Shown here: one piece after another, positions 23,725 to 36,583 of the stretch
Layout of the letters: each line of letters begins with the position of its first letter
How positions within the stretch are numbered: position 1 is the first letter of the stretch
Assembly: GCF_964355755.1 (NCBI RefSeq)
Contig: NC_092670.1
Span: 31,794,388 to 31,858,387, forward strand
Length of the DNA stretch: 64,000 nt
Reading direction: 5' to 3'
From: Antedon mediterranea
Taxonomy: Eukaryota; Animalia; Echinodermata
Translations under genes and position numbers: made by a program
The notes under the pieces: generated by a model
Told to the model about the DNA's origin: nothing
Seen by the model: only the letters and a program-made list of their open reading frames with translations
Database searches by the model: none

Positions 23725-24011
23725 ATATTGACAAACCAAATATGATGTGTCCGTCTAATGAGACCATAGACATTGATTTAGGCACGGCGTCTGTGAATGT
23801 AAATTATTCAGTGACGGTAGCGAAGGCCTTTGTTAACTTTGTTACAATTGTACCGAACCCTGTCAACATATTTCCTGGTGTTCTAGATATTGGAAAACAT
23901 CATTTTCATTTTGATGTTTACGATCATTACGATAATTATATAACGTCTTTTAATTATGCATTCAATTTGTTTCCTTATTATTCAATTAATTCTTTAAATT
24001 ATAAACTTTAA
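23725..24011 (+). CDS. CTL-HYR gene copy B: truncated HYR exon 1 reading into former intron to a stop (truncated gene or pseudogene)
   Basis: Matches 5103-5330, then jumps at ~23949 to sequence matching 7238 onward. The donor site and second HYR Cys are lost; TAA at 24009-24011. Confidence 0.7.
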
Positions 24012-25049
24012 TTACGTTAACAATTAATATTTGAGGGTAGACGTATCTTAGTGCACATACAAAAATGTGTGAATTTATTTATCGTAACATTATTAAAGTC
24101 AATTTTCAAATTATATTGGTTGAACATTATGTCTCTGTAATTGCAAATACGCTCTGAATATAATGTACTTTGTAATACGAATATAATAGGCTATAAGTCT
24201 TAACAAGAACTATTGTTTCTTTAATATAAATTGTACATTCCTACACGTGTAACATTTTAGGGTATTTCTTTTTGATTAATTAGTAATTAACGATAGCAAT
24301 ATCAAATTGAACCATAAACAATGATCATACGACAATGCTATGAACTTATGTTTTGTACCATACGTAGTTAATCAATGTAAATATTGAATGTAATGAATTA
24401 GCACAAATATAATTACATTTACATAGTACCTTGTATTCCGTAAAATATATGTGCTTTAGACTTTGTAAACAATTGTAACCAACACTCGACCCTGAAATAG
24501 ATACAATATTTCATATAATGCGGTACAATTTATAATAGGCCTAATTAATATATTAAGTTTAATAATACAATATAATAAAAAGGTAATACTCTCCAAGGCT
24601 AAAATAAAAAGTCATTGAAAACGCATAAGCCTACCAAACGAATAATACCGTACGGTACTTATAATGTACTGTATTATAATACGCGTACGATGTTGGATGT
24701 GTATTCTTGTTTGAAATTAATATTTGTTATCATTATGAGAGTAAGAATATAAAGTGCATGTATTGTGGGATGATAATGGACATATACATGTACAATCAGA
24801 CAATACTTAACCAATCATCACTATTTTTGAAAATAGACAATTGGAACATAATTAAATATTGATGCAAGTTGATTACCATTTCATATGATGTATTTATTTC
24901 CAAATAATATTGTGACCTTTCTTGTTACTACGTTACAACTATAAATCCATCTATTACGACATTTAATATGTTTTTCTTGTATACATATTTTGTGTGCAAG
25001 ATAATGTCCACGAGGCTTTTGTTTGTTCATTCATTTTTAAATTGTCTCA

Positions 25050-25530
25050 TGTAATTCGAGGACCCGCATTAAACCTTTTTAAAAGCCATCTCACTAACCG
25101 CTCCCAATGCACTAGATATAACTCTATTTCCAATGTTTGTCCTATCACCTGTGGTGACCCCCAAGGCTCCTTACTTGGCCTACTTCTGTCCACCATTTAC
25201 ACAATGATGTCCACCGAGCCCCAAACTTGCTTAACATTTTATTTATGCAGATGATACTACAGTTGTTCATGCTAACAAAAATATTAAAACTCTTTTTGAC
25301 ACCTTTAATACCAATGTTATCACCTTGTACCAGTACTTTGCTGCTAACAAACATAACAAATGTATAGCTACTTTTTGGAACCCCACAATTCACCACTTAA
25401 AATCTTTATTGGCAATCATGAAATGCCACCAGTAAAGACTATTAGATTTCTTGGCGTTACCATTGACAACATCCTCTCATGAAAAATCCATATCCAAGAA
25501 ACTGACAACAAAGTGTCCAAGAACCTTATC
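25050..25530 (+). pseudogene. Degenerate LINE RT fragment (duplicate of 8980-9460)
   Basis: Same GDPQGSLLG and YADDT remnants. Confidence 0.8.
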
Positions 25531-26986
25531 GAAAGACAAACCATGGTTCAGAAATGGAATAATGAAAGAACATACTTATTTTCTATGCAAAAATCACAAG
25601 ATAGATAGATCTAAAGCATAACATCTAAAGGCAAACCTAGAAATAATCTTCCTCACTGACAACAAATATAGATAAAGTTTATTCACGCCTGACATTTTAT
25701 TTTATTAACGGTAGCCAAGACATATATACAAAAGGAATCCCAGTGTCGAATATCAACTGTTACAAGCAGATTCACTAAGATGGAAGTTTCGATCCACGAT
25801 GATCCATCAAAGAACCTGCAAGATCTTCAACGCAAGATGTGAGTTTTTAGACCTATGCTTTTTGTATTATTATGTTTTTGGAACGTTTTACCTGACAGTT
25901 ACCCAGCCCGATCGAACGCTTCTCAACCCGGTAAAATCCGCCAGGGGGGTATTCCGCCCCCCTGCCCCCGCCTGTTACGCCACTGGTTGATTCGACGCTG
26001 ATTTATCTAGCAAGCAAAAATCGACTCCTTGAAAATATTAGATTTTGAATAAATAAATAAATAAAAATAGAATAAATAAATACATTTATTTTCTTTTTTC
26101 TTTTTTTTTCTCTTTCAATGTAAGCAAAAATACAAATTTAAATATAAATAATAAAGAGGCAAAACTCAAGAAGTAACAAAATGTGAAGGTCTCCCTAAAA
26201 AAAAATAAATGTGACGGCAAACAAGCTAAGATATTGATATTTGTTTTAACACACAGAAACAAAAGAAAACAGTAAAGCACAAAAAGGCCATATACATGGC
26301 TGCAGACGCCTGCTCAAGTTAGTATTTACCGACCAACCGACCGACCAACCGACCGACATAGTGACAAGATGATTATTACCATGGAAGCACAGAAAACCAA
26401 AACAAATGTGTTTATTCTGTTTTACTTTTTTTGCGATGTTTTCAGTGAAGTATAGAGTATTGTATATCCAAACAAAAGATAATTAGGCTGTGGTGTGAGA
26501 ATAAAATCGAAAGAAAGTTTGCATTCTGTAAGTTTGTGCTTAATCCCTCATCTGAATAACGAGACAAATCACTTTGGATGAGACAAGATCTTTCTTTCTC
26601 TTTCTTCCAAATTTTTATTTTGTTGTTCCTTCATTCTTTTCTTTCATTATTTTGTTTTCTTTCATTATTTTTTTTCATCATTTTGCTTTCTTTCATTATT
26701 TTTTTTCTTTCATTATTTTCTTTCTTTCTGTTTTCTTTCTTTATTCTTTCCCTTTTTCTTTCTTTCATTATTTCAATTTATTTGTTTTCTTTCATTTATT
26801 TCTTTCTTTCTCTTCTTTTTCCATTCTTTCATTTCCTTTAATTTATATCTTAGTAATCGACACACGTGGTTCAATATACATGACAGCGATGTTTTTAGAT
26901 TTAGATAGATATTTCTCATGGAAGATGGAAAGAATAACCGTTTACCATGATAACAATCTTGTTTAAATCTTTAGTAATTTAACTAC

Positions 26987-27206
<220 letters not shown>

Positions 27207-27511
27207 GCCTAATAGACTAAACATACAGTATGTTCGTATTTTCAAAGAAGAATAAGAAACTTGGTTTTACACTCTATAATGATAATGATATCATGATTAT
27301 GGATACTATTTATCAATGTAAATAATATGTATATAATCTAAAACGTTTTCTCCTCATTATAAAGACAAGTGTGGTTTTATGTCGGAATGCCTTTATTAAT
27401 ATTACGTTCAAATCACTTTTGATCAGAACTAGTGGTTTTCACTATTAAACAGAATCGCTAACCTACCTTAGATCATTTTTTGCAATGTTATCAAATGGAT
27501 TTATATTTCCA

Positions 27512-27975
27512 GCACTGTTTCAACTGAATTTTATCACTGTTTTAACTGAATTTTATCACTGTTTCAACTGAATTTTATCACTGTTTTAACTGAATTCTAT
27601 CACTGTTTTAACTGAATTTTATCACTGTTTTAACTGAATTTTATCACTGTTTTAACTGAATTTTATCACTGTTTCAACTGAATTTTATCACTGTTTTAAC
27701 TGAATTTTATCACTGTTTTAACTGAATTCTATCACTGTTTTAAATGAATTTTATCACTGTTTTAACTGAATTTTATCACTGTTTCAACTGAATTTTATCA
27801 CTGTTTTAACTGAATTTTATCACTGTTTTAACTGAATTTTATCACTGTTTTAACTGAATTTTATCACTGTTTTAACTGAATTTTATCACTGTTTTAACTG
27901 AATTTTATAAGGGAAAGTGAATTTCACTATTCCCTGATTTTATCAATATTACAACTGATATCTATTACTGTTTTT
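27512..27975. repeat. 22-bp minisatellite TTTTATCACTGTTTTAACTGAA (longer, more homogeneous paralog)
   Basis: Directly visible tandem units. Confidence 0.93.
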
Positions 27976-29157
27976 CTGACTCAGAATTTTCCGCTGAACT
28001 AGAAAAACTTTGGTGCCATTTTCTCGACCATGGCAAGTGACCGCCATTTAACAAAAATGATAATTTAATCATTTATTTCCATTTACACCAATACCCCAAA
28101 ATGCATAGCAACAGAGATAATCGCAATTACATATGTCATGTGATCAAAATGAGGTCAAATGTCAAATTTCGACAACCTATAAATACCATTGTGTTTGGTA
28201 TCGACGGAGAGCTTTTTTTATACTTAGTACAGCTGTACATATAGTTTCTACATTCATCAGACCATTTTCTAGAAATTTTAAATTTTGTCTATAAATAATA
28301 TAGCTAACACATTATTTCAAGTTTAAAATAAGTGAGTTTATTACTGTAACGATGTGTTAAAGCCCTACGACCTACGTTTTTTTCGACCTAATATAAGGTC
28401 ACAAACTACATTTTATGTTAAAATAAATACTATATGATCCTATTTCGATAACTTTTTTCGTCTTTAAACTGTTAAAAATGTGAAAAATAAGTTGATTCTA
28501 ATAATTTAATCAGCCCGCTATAAATCCCACAAGGCATCGCGCGCGGATTAATATTTTCATGTTGATATGGCCAATGCACGGCCAGTTTCATTCAATTTTA
28601 CAAACAACAGACAAAAATGAAAACAAAACAAGTACAAGAAATCAATATTAACTGAATGAACTGAGGTAACCCAAGAAAGTTTGAAATGTGAAATAATATA
28701 CCTCTGGTTCTTATAGGTACCCATATGGGCTTGTTCTGGGTTCCTTGTGGGATCTATGCGAGCCCTGTGTGGACAAATGGGCAATGGAGAATTCTATCAT
28801 TAGCCCATATTGGATTGTAGGAGCTCAGTCCTTAAAGTACCTATACGGGTTATGAGCTCTAATTAAAATTGACACCTTAATAAAGACATATGCTTAACAT
28901 AAGTTAAATAGTTTATTCTGAAAAAACTATAGAATAAATAAATACAAATCAAACAGAGGCCTACTTAACATTTCTTATTATTATTATTGAGCTGTTTTAG
29001 TATGTATTAAGTAATAGGGAATAGGCCTATTAGAAAGAATTTGTTCAGACGAATGCATATTTTGTGTTTTCCTGTTTTTTGCTGAGCTAACCGCCTCTCT
29101 GTCTCCACAATCATCTTTTAGTCTTCTTGCTCCAAACAGCGGCTAAAAAACAAAACA

Positions 29158-29849
29158 AACAAGCACGAATGTGCGATACCCGGGGTACAGCAAAAGAAGC
29201 TGTAAGACGGGATGTAACGTCACATACACATCAATAACCTCGCTACAAAATACGGCTATATTCCGAAAAATTACGTCACATAACCGGAAATGGCATAATT
29301 ACGGTAAATTATGAAATCTCAAAGTGATTTTTTGCTATTTCCGGGAGCAGAAGTGACGTCACAATATCATATTATTCTTATTCTCCAAGTCACGACCTTT
29401 GAAATGACACCAAACACGGCTATATTACGACGAAAATCGTTTGGCACCAAGGTACCATCTTCGAGACGTCATATGGCTGCATCCGGTTTGAAATTTAAAA
29501 AATCCGGCTCTATAGCTTTGAGGACGTGTCCCTGTAGTATACCCATGCCCAATCCCAGCTCAATACTACAACAAATAAGGGAGGAGTAGTACTTTATAAA
29601 TCGCAATTTTTTCGATTGTTACCCTGTTTATGACGTCATAATTCTGCATCCGGTTGAAGTACGCGCATTTTCTCTCTATAGCAATTGTTCACTTATTACC
29701 CTAATATATGCACGCCATGTTTCAGAGCCGTCAGACGACGCGTAAGGAACTGGTAAGACTTGAAAGTTGGCTCAATAGTGTCCATATGGAGGAAATGGAA
29801 GAGAAGATGAGCGAGTCCTAGACTCGGGTAGGCCTACCCCGAGTAAAAA
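29158..29849 (-). mobile_element. Helentron/HINE-like non-autonomous element
   Basis: On the minus strand it starts TTTTACTCGGGGTAGGCCTACCCGAGT (palindrome) and ends with the hairpin GCACATTCGTGC plus TTGTTT, the same end architecture as 13150-13272. Confidence 0.5.
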
Positions 29850-32800
29850 GACATTAGATTTTAGCACCATCCATTAAGTCTTAGTCAAGCTAGTATGTTG
29901 GAGTCAGACAATTTAGTAATAGTAGGGTCGTATACATCCTCAGTTATTAAAATGTCTTTGAGGTAGTATGTCGAAGCATAGAGAGCAACCGTGAAATAAG
30001 GAGCAATTTCTATCTATATATCGTTGAGTATTGTCGACTTTTAAGCGACAGTACGACTGTATGGATTTGGATTTCCAAGGCGTAACATCCGCCGATCTTG
30101 GAATTTACAGAATTTTATTTTAAATTTCTTATCATGAGTAATGATACAAATCTCATTAATATTTATATTCTTTTTTTATATTCTCATGCAATAATACCAA
30201 CTATATTATTTTCTTAACATGCACTGCACATAATTTTAGAGAATAATAAGCCAGACCACTTATACACATCTTTAAAACAAAGTGAATGTAGGCCTATTGA
30301 AATATATTTTATCAGATGACACCAAATGCATACAAATGAAACATTTGCTCTGGATAAATACAATCATTAAAACTTCATAGAATTGCCCGCACTCTGGTGC
30401 CGTACTCTTGGTAAAACATTGGTACCCCATTGGAGTGTGGGTAAAACGAAACAATAAACTCTCGTTTTTTTCTTTCTTTTTTAAAGGATAATGTTCCAAG
30501 GGAAACGAATATTATTTAGTTTTATGTTCAGGTACAGGCATGAATTTTAAATTTAATATCTGGTTAATTGTACATACATCAAATGTGTGTACTACAGAAA
30601 TCATGACGATCGAAAATACATGAATTTCTCAAAAATTTGACAAAATTCTGCTATAAAAACCTGAAAGGTGACACTGAAGGACAAAATCAGATGACAAATG
30701 CCATCTGATGAACTTTTATTTCAGATTTTGTTGTTGTTCTTGCTTGACACATCGATGCGGTACTCTTGGTAAAACAGTGGTACCCCATTTATCCCATTTA
30801 TACGTGTTCGGTTGGATTAAAACACAAATGAAGGTTCAACTCTCTTATTGTTATCTTACAAAAACAAATGAATACAGATTTTTTCTTGGGTGGATCAATA
30901 ATTTTTTCCAAGCAGAAGTTCTATAATTTGAATCGGTTCTTCCGTCCGTACATTCTCACTTTATTTCATTTATCAACACAGCGAATAAGAATAAGAGTCG
31001 GCGAGGGACTATTGAAAAGGTGTAATTTTAAATGATTTGTCTTTCTCCCTAAATGTATCGTTGAGTATGACTGACTTTTAAGCCACAGTACGACTGTTTG
31101 GAAGTCTACTACACGAACATACAAATTAATCGTTTTGGCTTTTCAAGGCATAACATCCGGCGATTTGGGAATTTACAGAATTTTATTTTCATTTATGACG
31201 TTTGTTGAGTAATAATACAAATCTCATTAATATTTATGTTCTTTTTAAAAATGTTTATGGAATAAAATCAATAGTATACTTTACATTTTTCTAAACATTA
31301 AACCTAATGTTTATATTATAAGGTTTAACACATGCCTAACAAAAAACGCCTATCTTTAATTTTAAACCAAGTTATTCGTATATTGAAAAACAATATGACA
31401 CCAAATTCATGTAAATTTAACATTAATTGTGGATAAATACAAATACTCTAAGTATTTAGAACTGCCTGGCACTTTGGTGCGGTATTCTTGGTAAAACATT
31501 GGTACCCCATTGGAGTGTTAGGTAATAAAAACGAAACAAAAAACCCTGTTTTTTACTTATAAGGATGATGTTAACAGGATAAACGAATTTCCATTTTAAT
31601 TAGTAGGCCTATTATTCTACTTTCAGTCTAAAACTACCGGTGATATAGGCCTATTGAAAATAATTAATGAAACGATAAAGATGCAACATACACGAGACAA
31701 TATACCTGTATTTTAATTAATGTATGCATTTCTCAGTGTAGTTATATAGGTGATAGATAATGATATTTGAATTAATATTTAAACGGCAACAATGAAAATA
31801 GAATGCATCAATTTAATAAAGAATGTCCTTTCATTATATTTTCATTATAGCAAATGAAATAAAAATATCAGTAAGCCTAAACAATACGAGATCGTTAGTC
31901 ATTTCATGCCTGTTTAAGGAATGATCAATTAATAAATCTAGTCAATGATGAACTTTCTCTTTTAAAAAGGCAAAAGCCATTTTTCTTTGGTTCTAGGCCT
32001 AATTGATACAGCCAACGTTTTTCGAATCAGAAGTAGGCCTAAAATGCTGTGAACATTTTTAGCTAGCAAGCTTTTCGATAGATTTGACTACTGTACCCCT
32101 AATCCTTGTTTATGTATCGTCCCCCAAAAACATGAAAAATAAAGATTAAATAAATCAGACTGATGTTATTTTGTAGTTTTAATAAAGTTAATCACTTTCG
32201 AAAACAAATTAATATTTTCACTTATAAAATCACAAAATAAATGAATATTTCAAAATTCAAAAAAATTCAACCAAAAAACCATTGGCTGACAGCCAATTGA
32301 CTATTTTTTGCTTTAGTTTAAAATTTTTTTCAGGTAAATAATGATTTTTTTCAATTCAATTATTGGTCAAAGTGAATAACTATTATGTGACATTAAAATC
32401 AACAACAAAAAAATCGTAAAAAAATATTTGTCGGTATATCTTTAATTTACTTTAAAAATGGCTAGAGAGTTGCAACTTCCGCCAGAATTAAAAGAGGAAA
32501 ACAGATCAAGCATCAAGAAATAATAAATATATGATACATAGTAAATAATCCCTCATATCATTACGGATCATATTACGGTGGACTATTGTATGTATACTAT
32601 ATTATTTTTTTAGATCACGTTGCTGAATATCCTTCAGGAAGTTATCATCATAAAAATTAATGTGAATCTTCTTTTTTCTTCCTAATTAAAAAAAAAAATT
32701 ATTTCCGCATTATAAAGGTTTATTTTAATTTCGGTACAATATTAAGAGATAGGCGGCACTTCAATACAAACAAAATAAACTAAAATATTGTATCCGAAAT

Positions 32801-33220
32801 GACATTATGACACTGTTACCATGTGATTTAAATAATTTCTGTATATAAATAAGCTTACTAAAACTGTGCATATTGACACTTCAGTGCGGTACTAGGTAGA
32901 AGTACGGTACCCTATTAAACTGCAGTGTTTCTTGTGTACTCAGAGCGGTTGTTTGAAAGAATAAACAGCCACAAGTTGCGTAACCTATACCATGGTTAAG
33001 CAGCATGCAGTAGCAGGCTTACAAGAATAGGCATGCTGCTACATCTGTAATTCTTACAACGCTAGGTCTTACAACGGTAGGTCTACCATTTTTAATTTCT
33101 TGAAAAACATTTGTTGCCAATTTTTAAAAAAATGGCAGAACTGATTTTCTAAAGATTATAAATAATAATAATAATAAACAGTATAATATAGCGCCTAATG
33201 GATCACTGACCCCTCTATTA

Positions 33221-33370
33221 TCACTTTTTAATTAATAAAATAAAGTAAATTCATTTCATTTTTCTCTGATACATATCATAATAGGTCTAATGTAAAGACA
33301 TTAGACCTATTATGATATGTATCAGAGAAAAATGAAATGAATTTACTTTATTTTATTAATTAAAAAGTGA
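33221..33370. repeat. Perfect inverted repeat: 73-bp arms, 4-nt loop (AAAG)
   Basis: 33221-33293 is the reverse complement of 33298-33370. Confidence 0.95.
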
Positions 33371-34387
33371 AGATGAAATGTATTTATGGTCAAAATTCGC
33401 AACTCACACATACACCCCACTCGCATTCTCTCTCTTTCCCCTTTTCCAGGTATGTAGGCTAAATCATCCATCGTCTATAATTCTATAACATTCAAACCAC
33501 ATACCACACTGATATGCCTAAATGTTGGTTCATGGAGGTAACAATATAACTCAATTGTTGGTTGGTCTCTGTCGTGTTATTATTGAAGGCTTATATTCAC
33601 TTCATGGAATGATTTTTTTATATAAATGAATAAAATTAATAATAACAATTTAACAATAATATTCGTATAACAACGTACACAAATAGATTGTCATTAACGT
33701 TTTTTTATTGGCAATATTTACCTAGCCATGGATTTGATACTGGCCACAATACTGGTATACAGTAAGACCATCCTATTGTTTTTTTCACCAAGTGACGTTA
33801 TGAGGGACTGCCTTGGAGTGCCTTGTCGGACATCCGATAATCACCGATCACCAGTCATGGTTTCAATTCTGATATTATTGGAAAAAATGTGATCCGACTT
33901 TCAGATTCGAAACCACTTTTCAGTGACGAAGCGGCGGTTGGTAGGCCTACAACAAGTTACACATAATATCTAACGGTAGGTAAAATACGGGGAATCTATT
34001 CAACTATATATTAGGCGTACTTCTAAGATACGGTAGTAGAAAAACCATCTTTGTTCAATTGGGCCGAGACGTATATAATGCTTTTAAATTGTGACAATTG
34101 ACTGACTGGCGGATATTAACGACATTCTATACAGTCTACCGGGAGTCTAACTTTAAACTGGAAGTCTCTCTGACTCTCAATGGTTGACTATAACTGACAG
34201 GCTGACTCACTTATAATACACGTCGACTACTGACAAAGGTAGCGGGCGAATCCGTGGTCCGGCCGGATTCCTGACGGACGGGTTGCAGCCTGGGATTGAG
34301 TATACCGACCGATCGACACACAATACACATACTTAAATAATAAATAATAAATGACTAGTTATATCTTGTATTTATACAGAAAGTATA

Positions 34388-34504
34388 ATGGGTGTTGAAG
34401 GAAGTAAGGAATTTAGTCGACTTTCACCGATTCTATCAAGAAAACCTCGGATAACCAATGTGAATCGCTCTTCTGTTAGATATGCGTTTGGTCCAAGGGG
34501 AAAG
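34388..34504 (+). CDS. LRRFIP2: Candidate alternative first coding exon of LRRFIP (MGVEGSK..., 39 codons)
   Basis: CAG acceptor at 34377-34379, ATG at 34388, phase-0 donor AAG|GTGACA. In frame with the exon starting at 36563. Confidence 0.55.
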
Positions 34505-34639
34505 GTGACAAAATAACTAGATAAGAAAAAGCTTTTTTTCAAATCTAATATTATTAACTTAAACTCATTACAATACGAACAAAATTAAAGATCATACCAG
34601 AGTATACATTATTATACAATTGTAAAGTTGTACAATCAC

Positions 34640-34860
34640 GTCTCCGGACCTCTCGTACCTATAAACCGACGACGACGGGAACCAGAGTAATATAAAATAG
34701 AGGGCGCGTGACTTACTTCCGCTATTTTTATTAGGGTGTTTTTGGTTGCAAAATCCGGAATGTGCGTATGAAATATTCTGAAGTGGTATCTAAAGTTTGT
34801 TATTATAATTCTTTACATGGTTTTTGTTTTGTGAAATAAGATTTGAAGAAATAACTAAGG
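34640..34860 (+). promoter_or_regulatory. Probable CpG-containing promoter and non-coding first exon of LRRFIP
   Basis: Locally CpG-rich, with ETS-like ACTTCCGC and CCGGAAT and a candidate donor AAG|GTTAAT at 34859/34860. Confidence 0.4.
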
Positions 34861-35380
34861 TTAATATATATTTATAATTTGTTAATATGCTTAATTACAC
34901 TAGGATGAGTTAACATCAATACATTCAATTATGTCGAAAGACATGAGTTTTTTAGTTCATGCTGTGACTGGTGAGAGTGATGATCATTGAAGATGAGTGC
35001 TCTCGCCGTTAAAAAGGCGTTCGAGACCGATAACATCGAAGGCCTTATCCTCCTTTTGATTTTCATTGACTGGGCCTAGGCCTAGCTAGGATCATTGTAA
35101 TGACAGTCAATACACTCTGTCACTTTGCTATTGATTCCGACAATGAAAACCATAATAAACAATATTATTGCTATTTATAGCCTAGCTAGGCCTACCCTAA
35201 CTAGGCCTACCCTAACTACGTACGTCGTGCTGTAGTTGTAGGCCTAGCCTACCTAGGCCTAGGCCTAGGTAGTGTTTTTTTAATTCGAAAACAAAAAATT
35301 CACAGATTGGTAGCTGCATGTTGATAATATAGCTAGGCCTAGGCCTTGTACTCTTAGGCCTAGTAGAATAGTAGTAGTAG

Positions 35381-35929
35381 TGGTAACGGGACGATTCGGC
35401 CCTGAGACGATGCGGCAGACTTAAATTTATCAGCTTTGATTGATATGCATTTTATAAGCATAATAAAATGTTTTTTTCCCAAACTTTATTTTCAGAGAGA
35501 CTGTGTGGGTAGTACTACTAGGGATAAAGATGCAATAAAGCAAACATTTTGAAAACATTGTCGAAAATGATCAATTTTTATACACGCGAAAGATGTAAAC
35601 AAGTTACGCCCTCTGTTGGCCGCTTGGCGAATGCACGAAATAAACAAGGTTTCGAAATAATAAATTGAATATAAATATAAAATTACATTTTTTAGTAATT
35701 TATTATATATTACATCAATATTGTCAATATCAATAAAATACGGATTGTTAAACATCTTTGAAAACTTGATAAATACCAAAAAAAAAAGAATATAAATTTG
35801 GTCTAAAGTCAGACGTTTCACCCCACAAAGTGGGATGTTTCGGCCCAAAAATGGGCCGAATTGTCCCACCAAAAGTGGGCCAAATAGTCCTTGGCCGAAT
35901 TGTCTCAGGGCCGAATCGTCCTGGAACCG
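35381..35929. mobile_element. Mutator-like MITE with a 9-bp target duplication
   Basis: TIR core GGACGATTCGGCCCTGAGAC / GTCTCAGGGCCGAATCGTCC; TAGTAGTAG on both sides. Confidence 0.78.
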
Positions 35930-36583
35930 TAGTAGTAGGGTATGCTAGCAAGGGCAGGCTACTGTATAAGCATAGTCTTGCTCTAGTACTAGTAATAATA
36001 CAATAATAGAGACTAATTCAGTCTCATTTCCATACAATAATGCACTGTATAATGATCGTTATTAGTTCCCACAATCATCATGTTGATTATTACAAATACA
36101 GAGTATTAAAATAAAAACGTATCGACAGAATGCTGCACATTTTTGCACTGTTTAGTATTAATCTATTTTTACCTAATAAAACTGTAATATTACCAAAACT
36201 TTTTTTTATGGAGGACCATATTTTGGCACACAGAGACATAATAATATGTTTTCACAAGATTCAGTAGCCCTAATATTTATTCGCTTATCAGTAGAAATCA
36301 TTAACAAAAAATCCCAATAATGAACAATTTTAATATAGAGGTAAACTCAGACAGCATCGTACAAGGCTCGACAAAATTTCTTGTCTCGTTGGTACTTTCT
36401 GAGTTCAATCCAGACAATTACGTCGTCTTGAGATAGCGTCGGCCGTAGTTTTTAGGTTTACATTAGTAATCTCCCTGGTCAATACTTTACAAATACTAAT
36501 TACTGTACACCAAAAAAATCAAAAAGGAAAGATGTATTGTGTTACAAACTGTTTTTTTCTAGTACACTAGTCTGACACGCAAT

